Shown here: positions 25,079-33,501 of the stretch, one piece after another | How positions within the stretch are numbered: position 1 is the first letter of the stretch | Layout of the letters: each line of letters opens with the position of its first letter | Assembly: GCA_051382295.1 (NCBI GenBank) | Contig: JBBCAW010000122.1 | Span: forward strand, 1 to 33,501 | Direction: 5' to 3' | DNA from: Bdellovibrionota bacterium FG-1 | GTDB taxonomy: Bacteria > Bdellovibrionota > UBA1018 | Length of the DNA: 33,501 bases | The notes under the pieces: model-generated | What the model saw: only the letters and a program-made list of their open reading frames with translations | What the model was told of the DNA's origin: nothing | The model's database searches: none | Position numbers and translations under genes: made by a program

Positions 25079-27772
25079 CTAAGACTCGGTCTCCGCACTG
25101 CGGATGTCAAGTGCAACGAGCTTGAGTAGCTCGCTGTTTGAAAGTTCGGTAAGCACGGCCTCCCCGCCCCCCTCTAAAATTTCTTGCGAAAGACTTTGCT
25201 TCGAAGCAATGAGGAGTTCGATCTTTTCTTCGATCGTGCCGCGGCAAACAAATTTATGCACCAAAACGTTCTTTTTTTGACCAATTCGGTAAGCGCGATC
25301 AGTCGCCTGGTTTTCGACTGCCGGATTCCACCAACGATCAAAATGAATGACATGGCTGGCGGCTGTGAGATTCAGGCCCGTACCCCCGGCCTTAAGCGAA
25401 AGAACAAAAAATGGGGGCCCCAATTTTTCTTGAAAAGAATCCACGAGTTCCTTGCGCTTCTTGACCGCCGTCTCGCCGTGCAAAACCAGCCCGGAACGCC
25501 CAAAGACTTGCGCAAGAAACTGCGAAAGCGGGTCCGTCATTTCCCGGAATTGGGTGAAAATGAGGACTTTTTCTTGTTTGGCGGCGATTTCCTCACAAAT
25601 TTCGCGCAACCGCGTAAATTTTCCGCTTCCTTCGGGTAGGTACCGTCCGTCCGAAAGCCACTGCGACGGATGGTTGCAGATCTGCTTGAAACGCATCAGA
25701 TAGGACAGCACGATACCTCGGCGCTGAATGCCATCCAGAGTCTCAATCTTCTTGGCCAACTCTTCCACTGATTGTTGATAGAGTGCCGCCTGAGTTTTAG
25801 TCAGGCCACAATAGGCGGAGACCTCAGTTTTTTCAGGAAGATCCGCGATGATGCGCTTGTCGGTCTTCAGTCTTCGGAGCAAATAGGGCCGCACGAGCTG
25901 GCGTAAAGAAGCATAACCGTGTTGCGCGGTCTGGTCTGCACCCTTGAGGTAACGCTCGAACTCTTTGGCGGACCCCAAAAGCCCCGGGCACAAAAAGTCA
26001 TAGAGCGACCAAAGATCTGAAAGTCGATTTTCAACCGGTGTCCCTGTGAGGGCAATGCGGTGGCGCGCCTTCAGCGCCTTCACTGCGCGGGTTTGTTTGG
26101 ATCCGGCATTTTTGATCGCCTGTGCCTCATCAATCACAACGAGATCCCAGATGGTTTCAGTCAGCCAGGGCAGTCGCCCGAGATAGCCATAGGTCGTAAT
26201 CACAAGGTCGGCGCCCTGGGCATTTTCGACCGCCAGATTCGACGAAGGATGGGCGATCCGATAATGCAGACTCGGCGCGAAGCGATCCAGCTCGGCTTTC
26301 CAGTTTCCAATCAGAGAGGCCGGAACTACCAAAATGGATTTCTTTCCTTCTCGTTTCAAGAGCAAAAGAAGCGAAATCACTTGGATGGTTTTACCCAGAC
26401 CCATATCATCGGCCAAGCATCCACCCAGTCCCAAACGATTGAGAAACCAAAGCCACTGCAAGCCTACTTGTTGGTAGGGCCGAAGTATCGTTTTTAACGC
26501 GTCTCCCAGTTCGATTTGCTCTTTGAGTTTTCCACCTGGCTCGCGAAGCTGCTCCAATTGTTGCGCCAGGGCCGAGCCCGCAATCACTTGAGACCACTGC
26601 GAAACCGCAGCAAGCTGAGCTTCTTCTTCAGAATTCCGGCCAATGCCCGCGCCTGAAAGGAGACGCATGCCTTCGATAAAGGAAAGACCGCCCCCACCCG
26701 CTGCGCGTTCGACCTTCTTCCAATGAGCCAGTACTTCTTTGAGTTTCTCCCGATCGATCTCCACCCACTTGCCGCGTATGAGCGCGAGCCCACTCGTGCC
26801 GGCCAGGAGATCACTGAGTTCTTTGCGCGTGAGGCTCTCTCCTTCGAGCGTGACTTCGACAGAAAAATCCAAGAGCGCGCCCGCGCCTACGAATGAATCC
26901 GTTTTTCCGCCTACGGTGACCGATACCTGTGGCCGAGGAGGATGGCGCGTTTTCCACCAATCCGGAACCCGAACCACCACTCCCGAAGATTCAAAAACGG
27001 GGATATCCCTCAGAAACCGAAACGCTTCTTCGGGGGTCCACGCAAGTGGATGGAAAATTTCGCTCGTTTCCACGAGATCTTTAAGAAAAGGGCTCGCGGC
27101 TGAAGCTTTTTGGACTGGTAAAAGTAACTTTAAAAGCAGCGCTTTGTTTTTCTCCCCGGCGTACTCCTGAAGCGCGCGGCCCAGGGGCAAGTGCTGCGCC
27201 TTGCCTTGTGAAGAAAGTTTGTGGCTATAGGTCGCTAAAAAAGCAAAGGGGGCGGATTCATCGGATTTATTCTCGGCGAGATGAAAACAAACTTTCCCAA
27301 CCCCGCTCCACGCCGCCCCCCGACTCTCAAAAAAAGACTGAACGGTTCCGTTACTTTCTTTGAGTGCCTGTCGAAAGGATTGGTCGAGCTGCTGCCAAAG
27401 ATCGGCCAGAACCTCGACGCTGAGGTACTCTGCCCCCAACATCGGCGGCGCATCTGGCACCCGTTTTTCAAGCTCCTCACGTGGTGGTGGGCAAGAGGCT
27501 ACTTCATCGGCTTTGGATTCGGACAGCCCAGGCAAAGCACAAAGCTGCGAAAAATAGAGGCGGGCAAAGTCCCGCCAATAACTGAGGCTCGGCGAAAGAT
27601 CAGCGGCCATTTCTGAAAGGCCAAGGTAAAAAAGCCCTTGGGATCCTCCCTGTACAAAAGCCTTGCGAATCTGCGCCGGAATAGCGACTGACTCTTGTCC
27701 TTCGGGGATGTAAAGAGCGCCATGAGGCGAAAGGGCGATCATATCCAAAAAAATTTCGTTGTTTCGGTCCAT
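25079..27772 (-). CDS. SNF2-family (DEAD/DEAH-box) helicase
   Basis: LRPYQ, LADDMGLGKT, DEAQAIKN, ALTGTPVEN, SLKAGGTGLNLT, WWNPAVENQATDRAYRIGQ. Confidence 0.95.
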   Translation of the reverse strand: MDRNNEIFLDMIALSPHGALYIPEGQESVAIPAQIRKAFVQGGSQGLFYLGLSEMAADLSPSLSYWRDFARLYFSQLCALPGLSESKADEVASCPPPREELEKRVPDAPPMLGAEYLSVEVLADLWQQLDQSFRQALKESNGTVQSFFESRGAAWSGVGKVCFHLAENKSDESAPFAFLATYSHKLSSQGKAQHLPLGRALQEYAGEKNKALLLKLLLPVQKASAASPFLKDLVETSEIFHPLAWTPEEAFRFLRDIPVFESSGVVVRVPDWWKTRHPPRPQVSVTVGGKTDSFVGAGALLDFSVEVTLEGESLTRKELSDLLAGTSGLALIRGKWVEIDREKLKEVLAHWKKVERAAGGGGLSFIEGMRLLSGAGIGRNSEEEAQLAAVSQWSQVIAGSALAQQLEQLREPGGKLKEQIELGDALKTILRPYQQVGLQWLWFLNRLGLGGCLADDMGLGKTIQVISLLLLLKREGKKSILVVPASLIGNWKAELDRFAPSLHYRIAHPSSNLAVENAQGADLVITTYGYLGRLPWLTETIWDLVVIDEAQAIKNAGSKQTRAVKALKARHRIALTGTPVENRLSDLWSLYDFLCPGLLGSAKEFERYLKGADQTAQHGYASLRQLVRPYLLRRLKTDKRIIADLPEKTEVSAYCGLTKTQAALYQQSVEELAKKIETLDGIQRRGIVLSYLMRFKQICNHPSQWLSDGRYLPEGSGKFTRLREICEEIAAKQEKVLIFTQFREMTDPLSQFLAQVFGRSGLVLHGETAVKKRKELVDSFQEKLGPPFFVLSLKAGGTGLNLTAASHVIHFDRWWNPAVENQATDRAYRIGQKKNVLVHKFVCRGTIEEKIELLIASKQSLSQEILEGGGEAVLTELSNSELLKLVALDIRSAETES

Positions 27773-27830
27773 TCGGATGAAATTACTGATAACATAACCT
27801 TTTGATGACGACTAGATTGGAAAACCGTCG

Positions 27831-29000
27831 GTGACATCCACATTCTGCGATTCCTTCAATCTGGGTCTGTGCCGCTCCTGTGAATGGATCGAGCAGGACT
27901 ATCCCAGTCAACTCCTGAGGAAAACTGAAATTCTCAAGAAAACGTTGAGCTTTTTTCCGTCTTTTGAGGTGGAGCCGTCCGTCGAGTGTCCGCCCACGGG
28001 CTTTCGAAACCGCGCAAAGATGTCAGTGACGGGAACGATTGAACATCCAATCATCGGCCTACTCGGTGAAGAGAACTTGGATGCTGGCCGTGAATTGCTC
28101 TCTTGCCCGATCCACCATCCACGCATCAATGAGCTTTTGGCACTTTTGCCCGAGTGGATCCATAAAGCGGGCCTGGAGCCCTATCGCATCCGCGAACGCC
28201 AGGGAGAACTCAAGGGACTGATCGCGTTTTACTCGCCCGACAACGAGCAAATGTACCTGCGATTTATTCTGCGCTCCCATGCACTCGTAGCGCGGCTCAA
28301 AAAACTTTTACCCGAACTGCAGCACCTATTTCCAAGACTCGTTTGTGTTTCAGCCAATATTCAGCCAGTACCCCACGCGGTTCTTGAAGGTCCTGAAGAA
28401 ATACTATTCACTGAAAAAAAACACCTCGACCTCAGGCTGGGCCCGGTCACTTTACGGCTTGCGCCACAAGCCTTTGTGCAAACCAACCTACGAGTCGCGA
28501 CCGCACTCTACCAGACAGCGGCTGAGTGGATTGCGGCCGCACATCCGGCTCGTATGCTCGAGCTGTTTTGCGGACAGGGGGCTTTCAGTTTTTTTGCGGC
28601 CGCAGCAGTGCCACGAATCCTGGGAATAGAAATCAATACCGATGCCGTCATAGCCGCCACTCAGACCGCGCAGGAATTGGGTTTCACCCACCTCCAGTTT
28701 AAAAAAGCCGACGCCACCCAGGCCGACACCGAACTTCAAGAATTTAGCCCGGACCTAGTTCTGGTCAATCCCCCGCGCAAGGGCTTAGGCCAGAAGGGAA
28801 TTCGCCTGCTTCAGAAAAACCTGCCCCAACACCTCATCTATTCCAGCTGCGACGTCGAAACATTGGGCGAAGATCTGGCCGAGTTGAGGCCCCATTATCC
28901 TCAAATAAGGCGCGCTCAGATCTTTGACATGTTTCCTCATACGCGGCATTTTGAGACACTGATTTGGGTGGAGCGAGGGGCTGATTGGGCCGAAGGCTAA
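27831..29000 (+). CDS. rlmC: 23S rRNA (uracil-747-C5)-methyltransferase RlmC/RumB-like
   Basis: N-terminal C...CRSC Fe-S motif without TRAM domain; FRNRAKM; F.QTN; LELFCGQG; VNPPRKG; IYSSC; DMFPHTRHFE. Confidence 0.85.
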   Translation: MTSTFCDSFNLGLCRSCEWIEQDYPSQLLRKTEILKKTLSFFPSFEVEPSVECPPTGFRNRAKMSVTGTIEHPIIGLLGEENLDAGRELLSCPIHHPRINELLALLPEWIHKAGLEPYRIRERQGELKGLIAFYSPDNEQMYLRFILRSHALVARLKKLLPELQHLFPRLVCVSANIQPVPHAVLEGPEEILFTEKKHLDLRLGPVTLRLAPQAFVQTNLRVATALYQTAAEWIAAAHPARMLELFCGQGAFSFFAAAAVPRILGIEINTDAVIAATQTAQELGFTHLQFKKADATQADTELQEFSPDLVLVNPPRKGLGQKGIRLLQKNLPQHLIYSSCDVETLGEDLAELRPHYPQIRRAQIFDMFPHTRHFETLIWVERGADWAEG

Positions 29001-29007
29001 CCCCGAT

Positions 29008-30198
29008 ATGGCACACGTCATTCCCCTTTTTAAAGCGCTTCCCAGTTTAGCTTTGGCGATCCCTCGCATTGAATTACTTTCCCACACCACCCCATTGGAG
29101 CCGATGAATGAGCTGCAGGCGAAGCTTCTTGCCGAGCCTCACAACACCTCTTGTTCGGGCCCACTCCTTTGGGTAAAACGCGACGATACCCCAGATTCAC
29201 GATGGGGTGGCAATAAGGCCCGCAAGCTTGAATTTTTATTAGCCGATGCGCGCCATCATGGCGCGACGACCCTAGTGACCTCGGGCATGTACGGCTCGAA
29301 CCATGCGCTTGCGACGGCCCTCATCGCTCAACAGTTTGGCATGAAGACTATCCTGACCTTAGGGCCACAACCGATCACTGAAGACGTAAAGAAAACGTTA
29401 CTTGCGATGCGGGCACTCGGTGCGGAGTTAAGATACTCTGCGACGCAGGCGGGGCTCGGTGTGGACATCGCCAAGACTTGGGTGGAAAGCAAGCTCGGCA
29501 AAAATCAGTATTTCATCCCCCCAGGAGGCTCGACGGCGATTGGCGGGCTAGGTTATGCAAACGCCTTCTTGGAGTTGCAAGAACAGTTCAAGGGGCAGAA
29601 TTTTCCGGAACGGATTGTGCTGCCGATCGGAAGTGGGGGCACTACGGCTGGATTACTGGCCGGCATTTGTCTTGCCGGGATGTGGGGCAAGGTACGAGTT
29701 GAGGGCGTTGGCGTAACATCCTCCCTGCTGAAGAGCGAGCGCGACGTGCGTAGAGACGCTCAGGCTGCCTACGATTGGATCAAGTCACGCGTCAGTCCCG
29801 AAGACCGTGCGCGACTGCCTCAGTGCGATTTCAGAAAAAATAAGAACGCCTTTCGATATGTACCAGGCTATTTTGAGCCGGGTTACGGCGCAGCCAAGCC
29901 GGAAGTCCACCAAAACATTGAATTCGTAAAAGCAACCCAAGGCCTACAACTTGAGCCGACTTATTCAGGGAAGGCCATGACTTACCTTCTGGATAGCGTT
30001 CGAGACTCGCTCAAAGCGAGCCACTGCCCTGCTAAAACTGTATTTATTCAGACCTATCGCCCCTACGATCTTGATCGGATTATTGCTTCCTACCCTTGGA
30101 GTGACTCAGAAAGACCATGGAAGGATCTTCCACCGAAGTTCTGGCCGATTTTTGAAATCCGCGAAGAACTCCAGCTGCGCGCAACCGGATGTCCTTGA
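29008..30198 (+). CDS. PLP-dependent D-cysteine desulfhydrase / ACC deaminase-family enzyme
   Basis: LWVKRDD..GGNKARKLEF, GSNHALATA, IPPGGS, GSGGTTAGL, LEPTYSGKA. Confidence 0.88.
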   Translation: MAHVIPLFKALPSLALAIPRIELLSHTTPLEPMNELQAKLLAEPHNTSCSGPLLWVKRDDTPDSRWGGNKARKLEFLLADARHHGATTLVTSGMYGSNHALATALIAQQFGMKTILTLGPQPITEDVKKTLLAMRALGAELRYSATQAGLGVDIAKTWVESKLGKNQYFIPPGGSTAIGGLGYANAFLELQEQFKGQNFPERIVLPIGSGGTTAGLLAGICLAGMWGKVRVEGVGVTSSLLKSERDVRRDAQAAYDWIKSRVSPEDRARLPQCDFRKNKNAFRYVPGYFEPGYGAAKPEVHQNIEFVKATQGLQLEPTYSGKAMTYLLDSVRDSLKASHCPAKTVFIQTYRPYDLDRIIASYPWSDSERPWKDLPPKFWPIFEIREELQLRATGCP

Positions 30199-30367
30199 TT
30201 CAACTTCTACCCCCGGGACAGTGGCCCATGACCAGCCACTGAGGATGACTGCTTATTTTGCTGATCCCGTTGACTTTAGGTAAGCGCCGGCGCCAATACG
30301 CGCCGCTTCGACTTTACCTTTGCATTCAGGCGACGAGATGGTCACAAAGCACTCACTGGCGGAAAAA

Positions 30368-33300
30368 TTAGTGGCAGGTGACGCCGCTGAAACGAGAGGC
30401 CAGGGCAAAACAGTTCTGTTGGACTTCAGCTTGCGAGAGCGCGCGGTTATAGACGCGCACGGTTGCAATTGAACTCCCCGCGGAGAGTCCGGCAGCGCTT
30501 CCGCCTACAGCCAATGAAGTGGTACTCAGCGCAGCGTTTGATACGGTGTTGCTTGTTGTTTGGGTAATACCATCCCCGTAAATATAATGGGTGGTTCCTG
30601 ATCTTACCGAAACGAGCTGATGCCAAGCGCCATCCGCTAATGAAACGTAAACCCCATACGGGGGCACGCCCTCCTCGACCCCGCCACCCCAAGAGCCTGC
30701 CGTGGTACTGCTTCGACCCATCCAGAATCCTGATATATAGTTTTTATCAATAAGTCGTTCGTAGCCACCTATTGTACTATTGCTCTTAAACCAGACTTCA
30801 ACGGTAAAATCATTGAAGGCCGTCGCCAGTGATGTCAAAACATTTTGCGTGCCGACGTTGAAGTCCAGCCTATAAGGATCAGTTGAAATTCCACTGCCGT
30901 TCCAACCTCGGCTGCCGCTGCAGGTTGAAAAGTTTACAAGTGTACCGTTAAGAAGGTTGGCGGATAGGTCAGACCACGTGGTGTTGGAGGTACACCCCGT
31001 CCCAGCGGTGTAATGGGTGAGTCCTCCGTTTGAATTGGCGGCATCGAGATTGAGGACGAGGCCGTTCGTCGCGATATCCGGCACGGTGGTCGCGCGGTAG
31101 CGGTTGGCCTCTGCATTGAAGTCGCTTTGGATATTTGTCGCGGCTCCGACAGTGGTGCCGCCGCTTGCGCCAAACACCTTCAAGGCGGCAAGCGCGCCGC
31201 TCCACCAGCTCGCACCCCCGGAGGTGGCGCCGACGGTGAGTGAGGTCGCGGGCGTACCGTAGGTTGTTCCGGGGGTAATGGAGCATTCTTGCTGACCGTT
31301 CACATACATGGAGAGATTGGCGCCGTCCCAGAGGCCGGAGAGCATACTCCAAGCGTTATCGGTGAAGATCGTCTTTGAGAGGCATTTCCAGAAGGCGCTG
31401 GAAGTAAAAATTTCGGAAATTTGCTGCGCGGATAGCGGATAGCGGAAGACCGCGACTTCGTCGATGAGGCCGTTGAAGTAATACAACGGCGTACTATCCG
31501 CAGACGCTCCAAGGCGGTTGAGCCCATAAGCGGCATCGCTTGATACGGCTACTGAGACTTCTGGCGTCGTATTGCCATCGACATAGGCATTGGTACCCGT
31601 ACTGTCCCCTACCGTTGCGACATAATGCCAGCTGCCATCAACATAAGTGTGCGTTCCGATCGCACAATTTGGATTGCAGACACGGAGGTGACCCGAGGGA
31701 TCAAGGTGAATGGGATGAATAGTGCCACCACCCCCATACGCAGGATCCCAAGCAGAGTAAATCATTTGGTAAGTTCCGCCATTCGTAGTTGAAGTCTTGA
31801 ACCAGGCTGAAACAGTGAATGAATTGGTGACGTATCCACCCGACGAAATATCGACGTAGCCAGTAGTGCCATTAAAAGTGACTGCAGTGTCATTGTCATT
31901 GGCGATATTACCGGCAGCTCCGAGAGTCACTCCACCCGTATAAGTACCGTTTATTGCGTTGGTCGAAAGATCGTACGCGGTAAGTCCGCTTTTTTCTCCT
32001 AAGCGCCAGTAACCATAAGGTTGCCAGGAGAGAATATTATTGGGATAGAACTTGCCAAGGCCTGCGTCGTGGTGGGCTGCGATTTGGCCGGAGGAGAGGG
32101 CGTAGTTGTAAACGGCCCCCTCATCCATTGATCCAATAAAACTTACATTAAATAAATCATGATTGGACCAATATAACCCATACGCAGCGTTGTAATATAA
32201 AGTAGCTGCCGATAGTGGGGTCGTTACTGAGGATGCAAGCGCGCCGTCAATATAAATTTTCTGAGTAGATAGTGTTCCATCCCGAATTGCCACGACATGA
32301 TGCCAGACTCCAGTGCTCAAAGCGGCAGTCGTGGATGTTGAATTGTAAAACGGTGTAGTGACACCACAGCTTTGCATTCTAAGCTGTCCATTGGTTTGAA
32401 GGTAGACAGCGTTTTGGCACCATCCGGTGTTCCCATAATACCAGAGAAACTGGATGCTGGATGGATTTGCGGCAAATTTCATCCAGAACTCCGCAGAAAA
32501 GTTCGAAGTCAAGTAGTTTCCTATTGGAGACTTGTAAACGCTTTGATTGGCGGCCGTGAATTGAATCGCACTGTCGCTGTCTCCCGTAAGGGTCTGTGCC
32601 GCGCCAAGAGTAGGCGCGTTGTGATAGGCTAAAGTATTGCTCCCTATTTGATCTACTGCATTAGCAGCTCCGCCCGCCTCGCCCAGTCTCCAATAACCCA
32701 CCGGCGCATCCGCAAGAATAACATCTCTGTAAGTTTTCCGGCCGATCTGCAGCTCCACTCTCCCGTTCACGTTATCCGATTGCTTGAACATGAAACCTGT
32801 GCCCGTGCTGGTATCCGCACCATTGGTGAGAATCACCGAGCCATTGGAAGAGGCGTTGATACTGGCCGGTGCCACCCAGGTATTGACCATGAACTTGGTC
32901 GCGCCACTGAGTGGATCACTTGAGAACTGCATCTTGTCGTTCGTACCGTCAAAACTCAATTTATACGGCGTGGCCAGTGCGCCCGTTCCACCCCATGGTG
33001 AGGCGGTGGTCATTTGTGAACTCAGTGTGCCGTTGATTCCGCCAATGAGGCCAAGCCACGCGTCCGTATTGTTGTTCAGTCCTCCGACTGGCGCTTTGGG
33101 TACGTTCGGTTTGTTTGCGACGCCGGTGTCCCAGGCGTAGGCCGCATCAAGAACGGTTGAGAGCGTAGCGAGATTTGCGGAGTTGTAGTTCTCGCGCACG
33201 GTCACGTAAAATGATTGGCTCGTGGTGCTATTTGTTCCGTAACCATCATCGGCGGTGAGCGTAAATTTGTAAGTGCCAAGTTGCGTCCGGGTCGGCCACC

Positions 33301-33499
33301 AGGTGAGCACGCCAGTGGAGGTACTCAATGTTGCCGTGCCGGTCTTGATATAGGCTGGCGATCCGGTTGTAATGAGTGAAGGCAGGGATGTACACGCCGT
33401 GCCGCTTCCCGCGTAGTTGATATCCGAAGCGTTCATCCCAGGTGTTTGATACGTGCAAGAGAGAGTAACCGTCTGACCGCCATCCACATCACTAAACGT
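30368..33499 (-). CDS. Large surface protein with cadherin/Ig-like and multiple LamG-like jellyroll domains, 5'-truncated by the window edge
   Basis: Frame open to the window end (TFSDVDGG). TGVLTWWP..GTYKFTLTADDG Ig-like strand; repeated YWRLGE, WHHVV, IYIDG, DEVAVF, VRVYNRALSQAEV. Confidence 0.88.
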   Translation of the reverse strand, partial: TFSDVDGGQTVTLSCTYQTPGMNASDINYAGSGTACTSLPSLITTGSPAYIKTGTATLSTSTGVLTWWPTRTQLGTYKFTLTADDGYGTNSTTSQSFYVTVRENYNSANLATLSTVLDAAYAWDTGVANKPNVPKAPVGGLNNNTDAWLGLIGGINGTLSSQMTTASPWGGTGALATPYKLSFDGTNDKMQFSSDPLSGATKFMVNTWVAPASINASSNGSVILTNGADTSTGTGFMFKQSDNVNGRVELQIGRKTYRDVILADAPVGYWRLGEAGGAANAVDQIGSNTLAYHNAPTLGAAQTLTGDSDSAIQFTAANQSVYKSPIGNYLTSNFSAEFWMKFAANPSSIQFLWYYGNTGWCQNAVYLQTNGQLRMQSCGVTTPFYNSTSTTAALSTGVWHHVVAIRDGTLSTQKIYIDGALASSVTTPLSAATLYYNAAYGLYWSNHDLFNVSFIGSMDEGAVYNYALSSGQIAAHHDAGLGKFYPNNILSWQPYGYWRLGEKSGLTAYDLSTNAINGTYTGGVTLGAAGNIANDNDTAVTFNGTTGYVDISSGGYVTNSFTVSAWFKTSTTNGGTYQMIYSAWDPAYGGGGTIHPIHLDPSGHLRVCNPNCAIGTHTYVDGSWHYVATVGDSTGTNAYVDGNTTPEVSVAVSSDAAYGLNRLGASADSTPLYYFNGLIDEVAVFRYPLSAQQISEIFTSSAFWKCLSKTIFTDNAWSMLSGLWDGANLSMYVNGQQECSITPGTTYGTPATSLTVGATSGGASWWSGALAALKVFGASGGTTVGAATNIQSDFNAEANRYRATTVPDIATNGLVLNLDAANSNGGLTHYTAGTGCTSNTTWSDLSANLLNGTLVNFSTCSGSRGWNGSGISTDPYRLDFNVGTQNVLTSLATAFNDFTVEVWFKSNSTIGGYERLIDKNYISGFWMGRSSTTAGSWGGGVEEGVPPYGVYVSLADGAWHQLVSVRSGTTHYIYGDGITQTTSNTVSNAALSTTSLAVGGSAAGLSAGSSIATVRVYNRALSQAEVQQNCFALASRFSGVTCH

Positions 33500-33501
33500 C
33501 G

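Noticed and set aside
30199..30367. Short minus-strand frame ending ...ECKGKVEAARIGAGAYLKSTGSAK*, possibly a gene remnant
   Set aside because: No convincing start or RBS, and too short to assign without a search.

Overview
Bacterial chromosomal window. A TIGR02147-family regulator, many orphan secreted proteins and a large LamG adhesin suggest a Bdellovibrionota/Oligoflexia-like organism (inference). Bases 1-12.8 kb are accessory. They hold the 3' part of an atypical reverse transcriptase overlapping a 1322-aa polytopic membrane protein fused to a phospholipase-D domain (candidate undescribed RT system), and a convergent three-gene secreted/lipoprotein operon. They also hold two back-to-back type II toxin-antitoxin loci (hicB with an internally deleted hicA; relE-like plus XRE) separated by a 153-bp element with terminal inverted repeats. 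The remainder is mostly housekeeping: SAH riboswitch-ahcY, a pseudouridine synthase, an ECF sigma/anti-sigma pair, a receiver-PPDK_N protein divergent from gdhA, DUF488, HutD, DUF3820, SWIM+SNF2, rlmC, a PLP desulfhydrase/deaminase and a truncated LamG protein. Embedded there is a signal-peptide-bearing triterpene cyclase that resembles eukaryotic squalene-tetrahymanol cyclase and is flanked exactly by a perfect 39-bp direct repeat. All family assignments come from motif recognition by eye; no searches were run.
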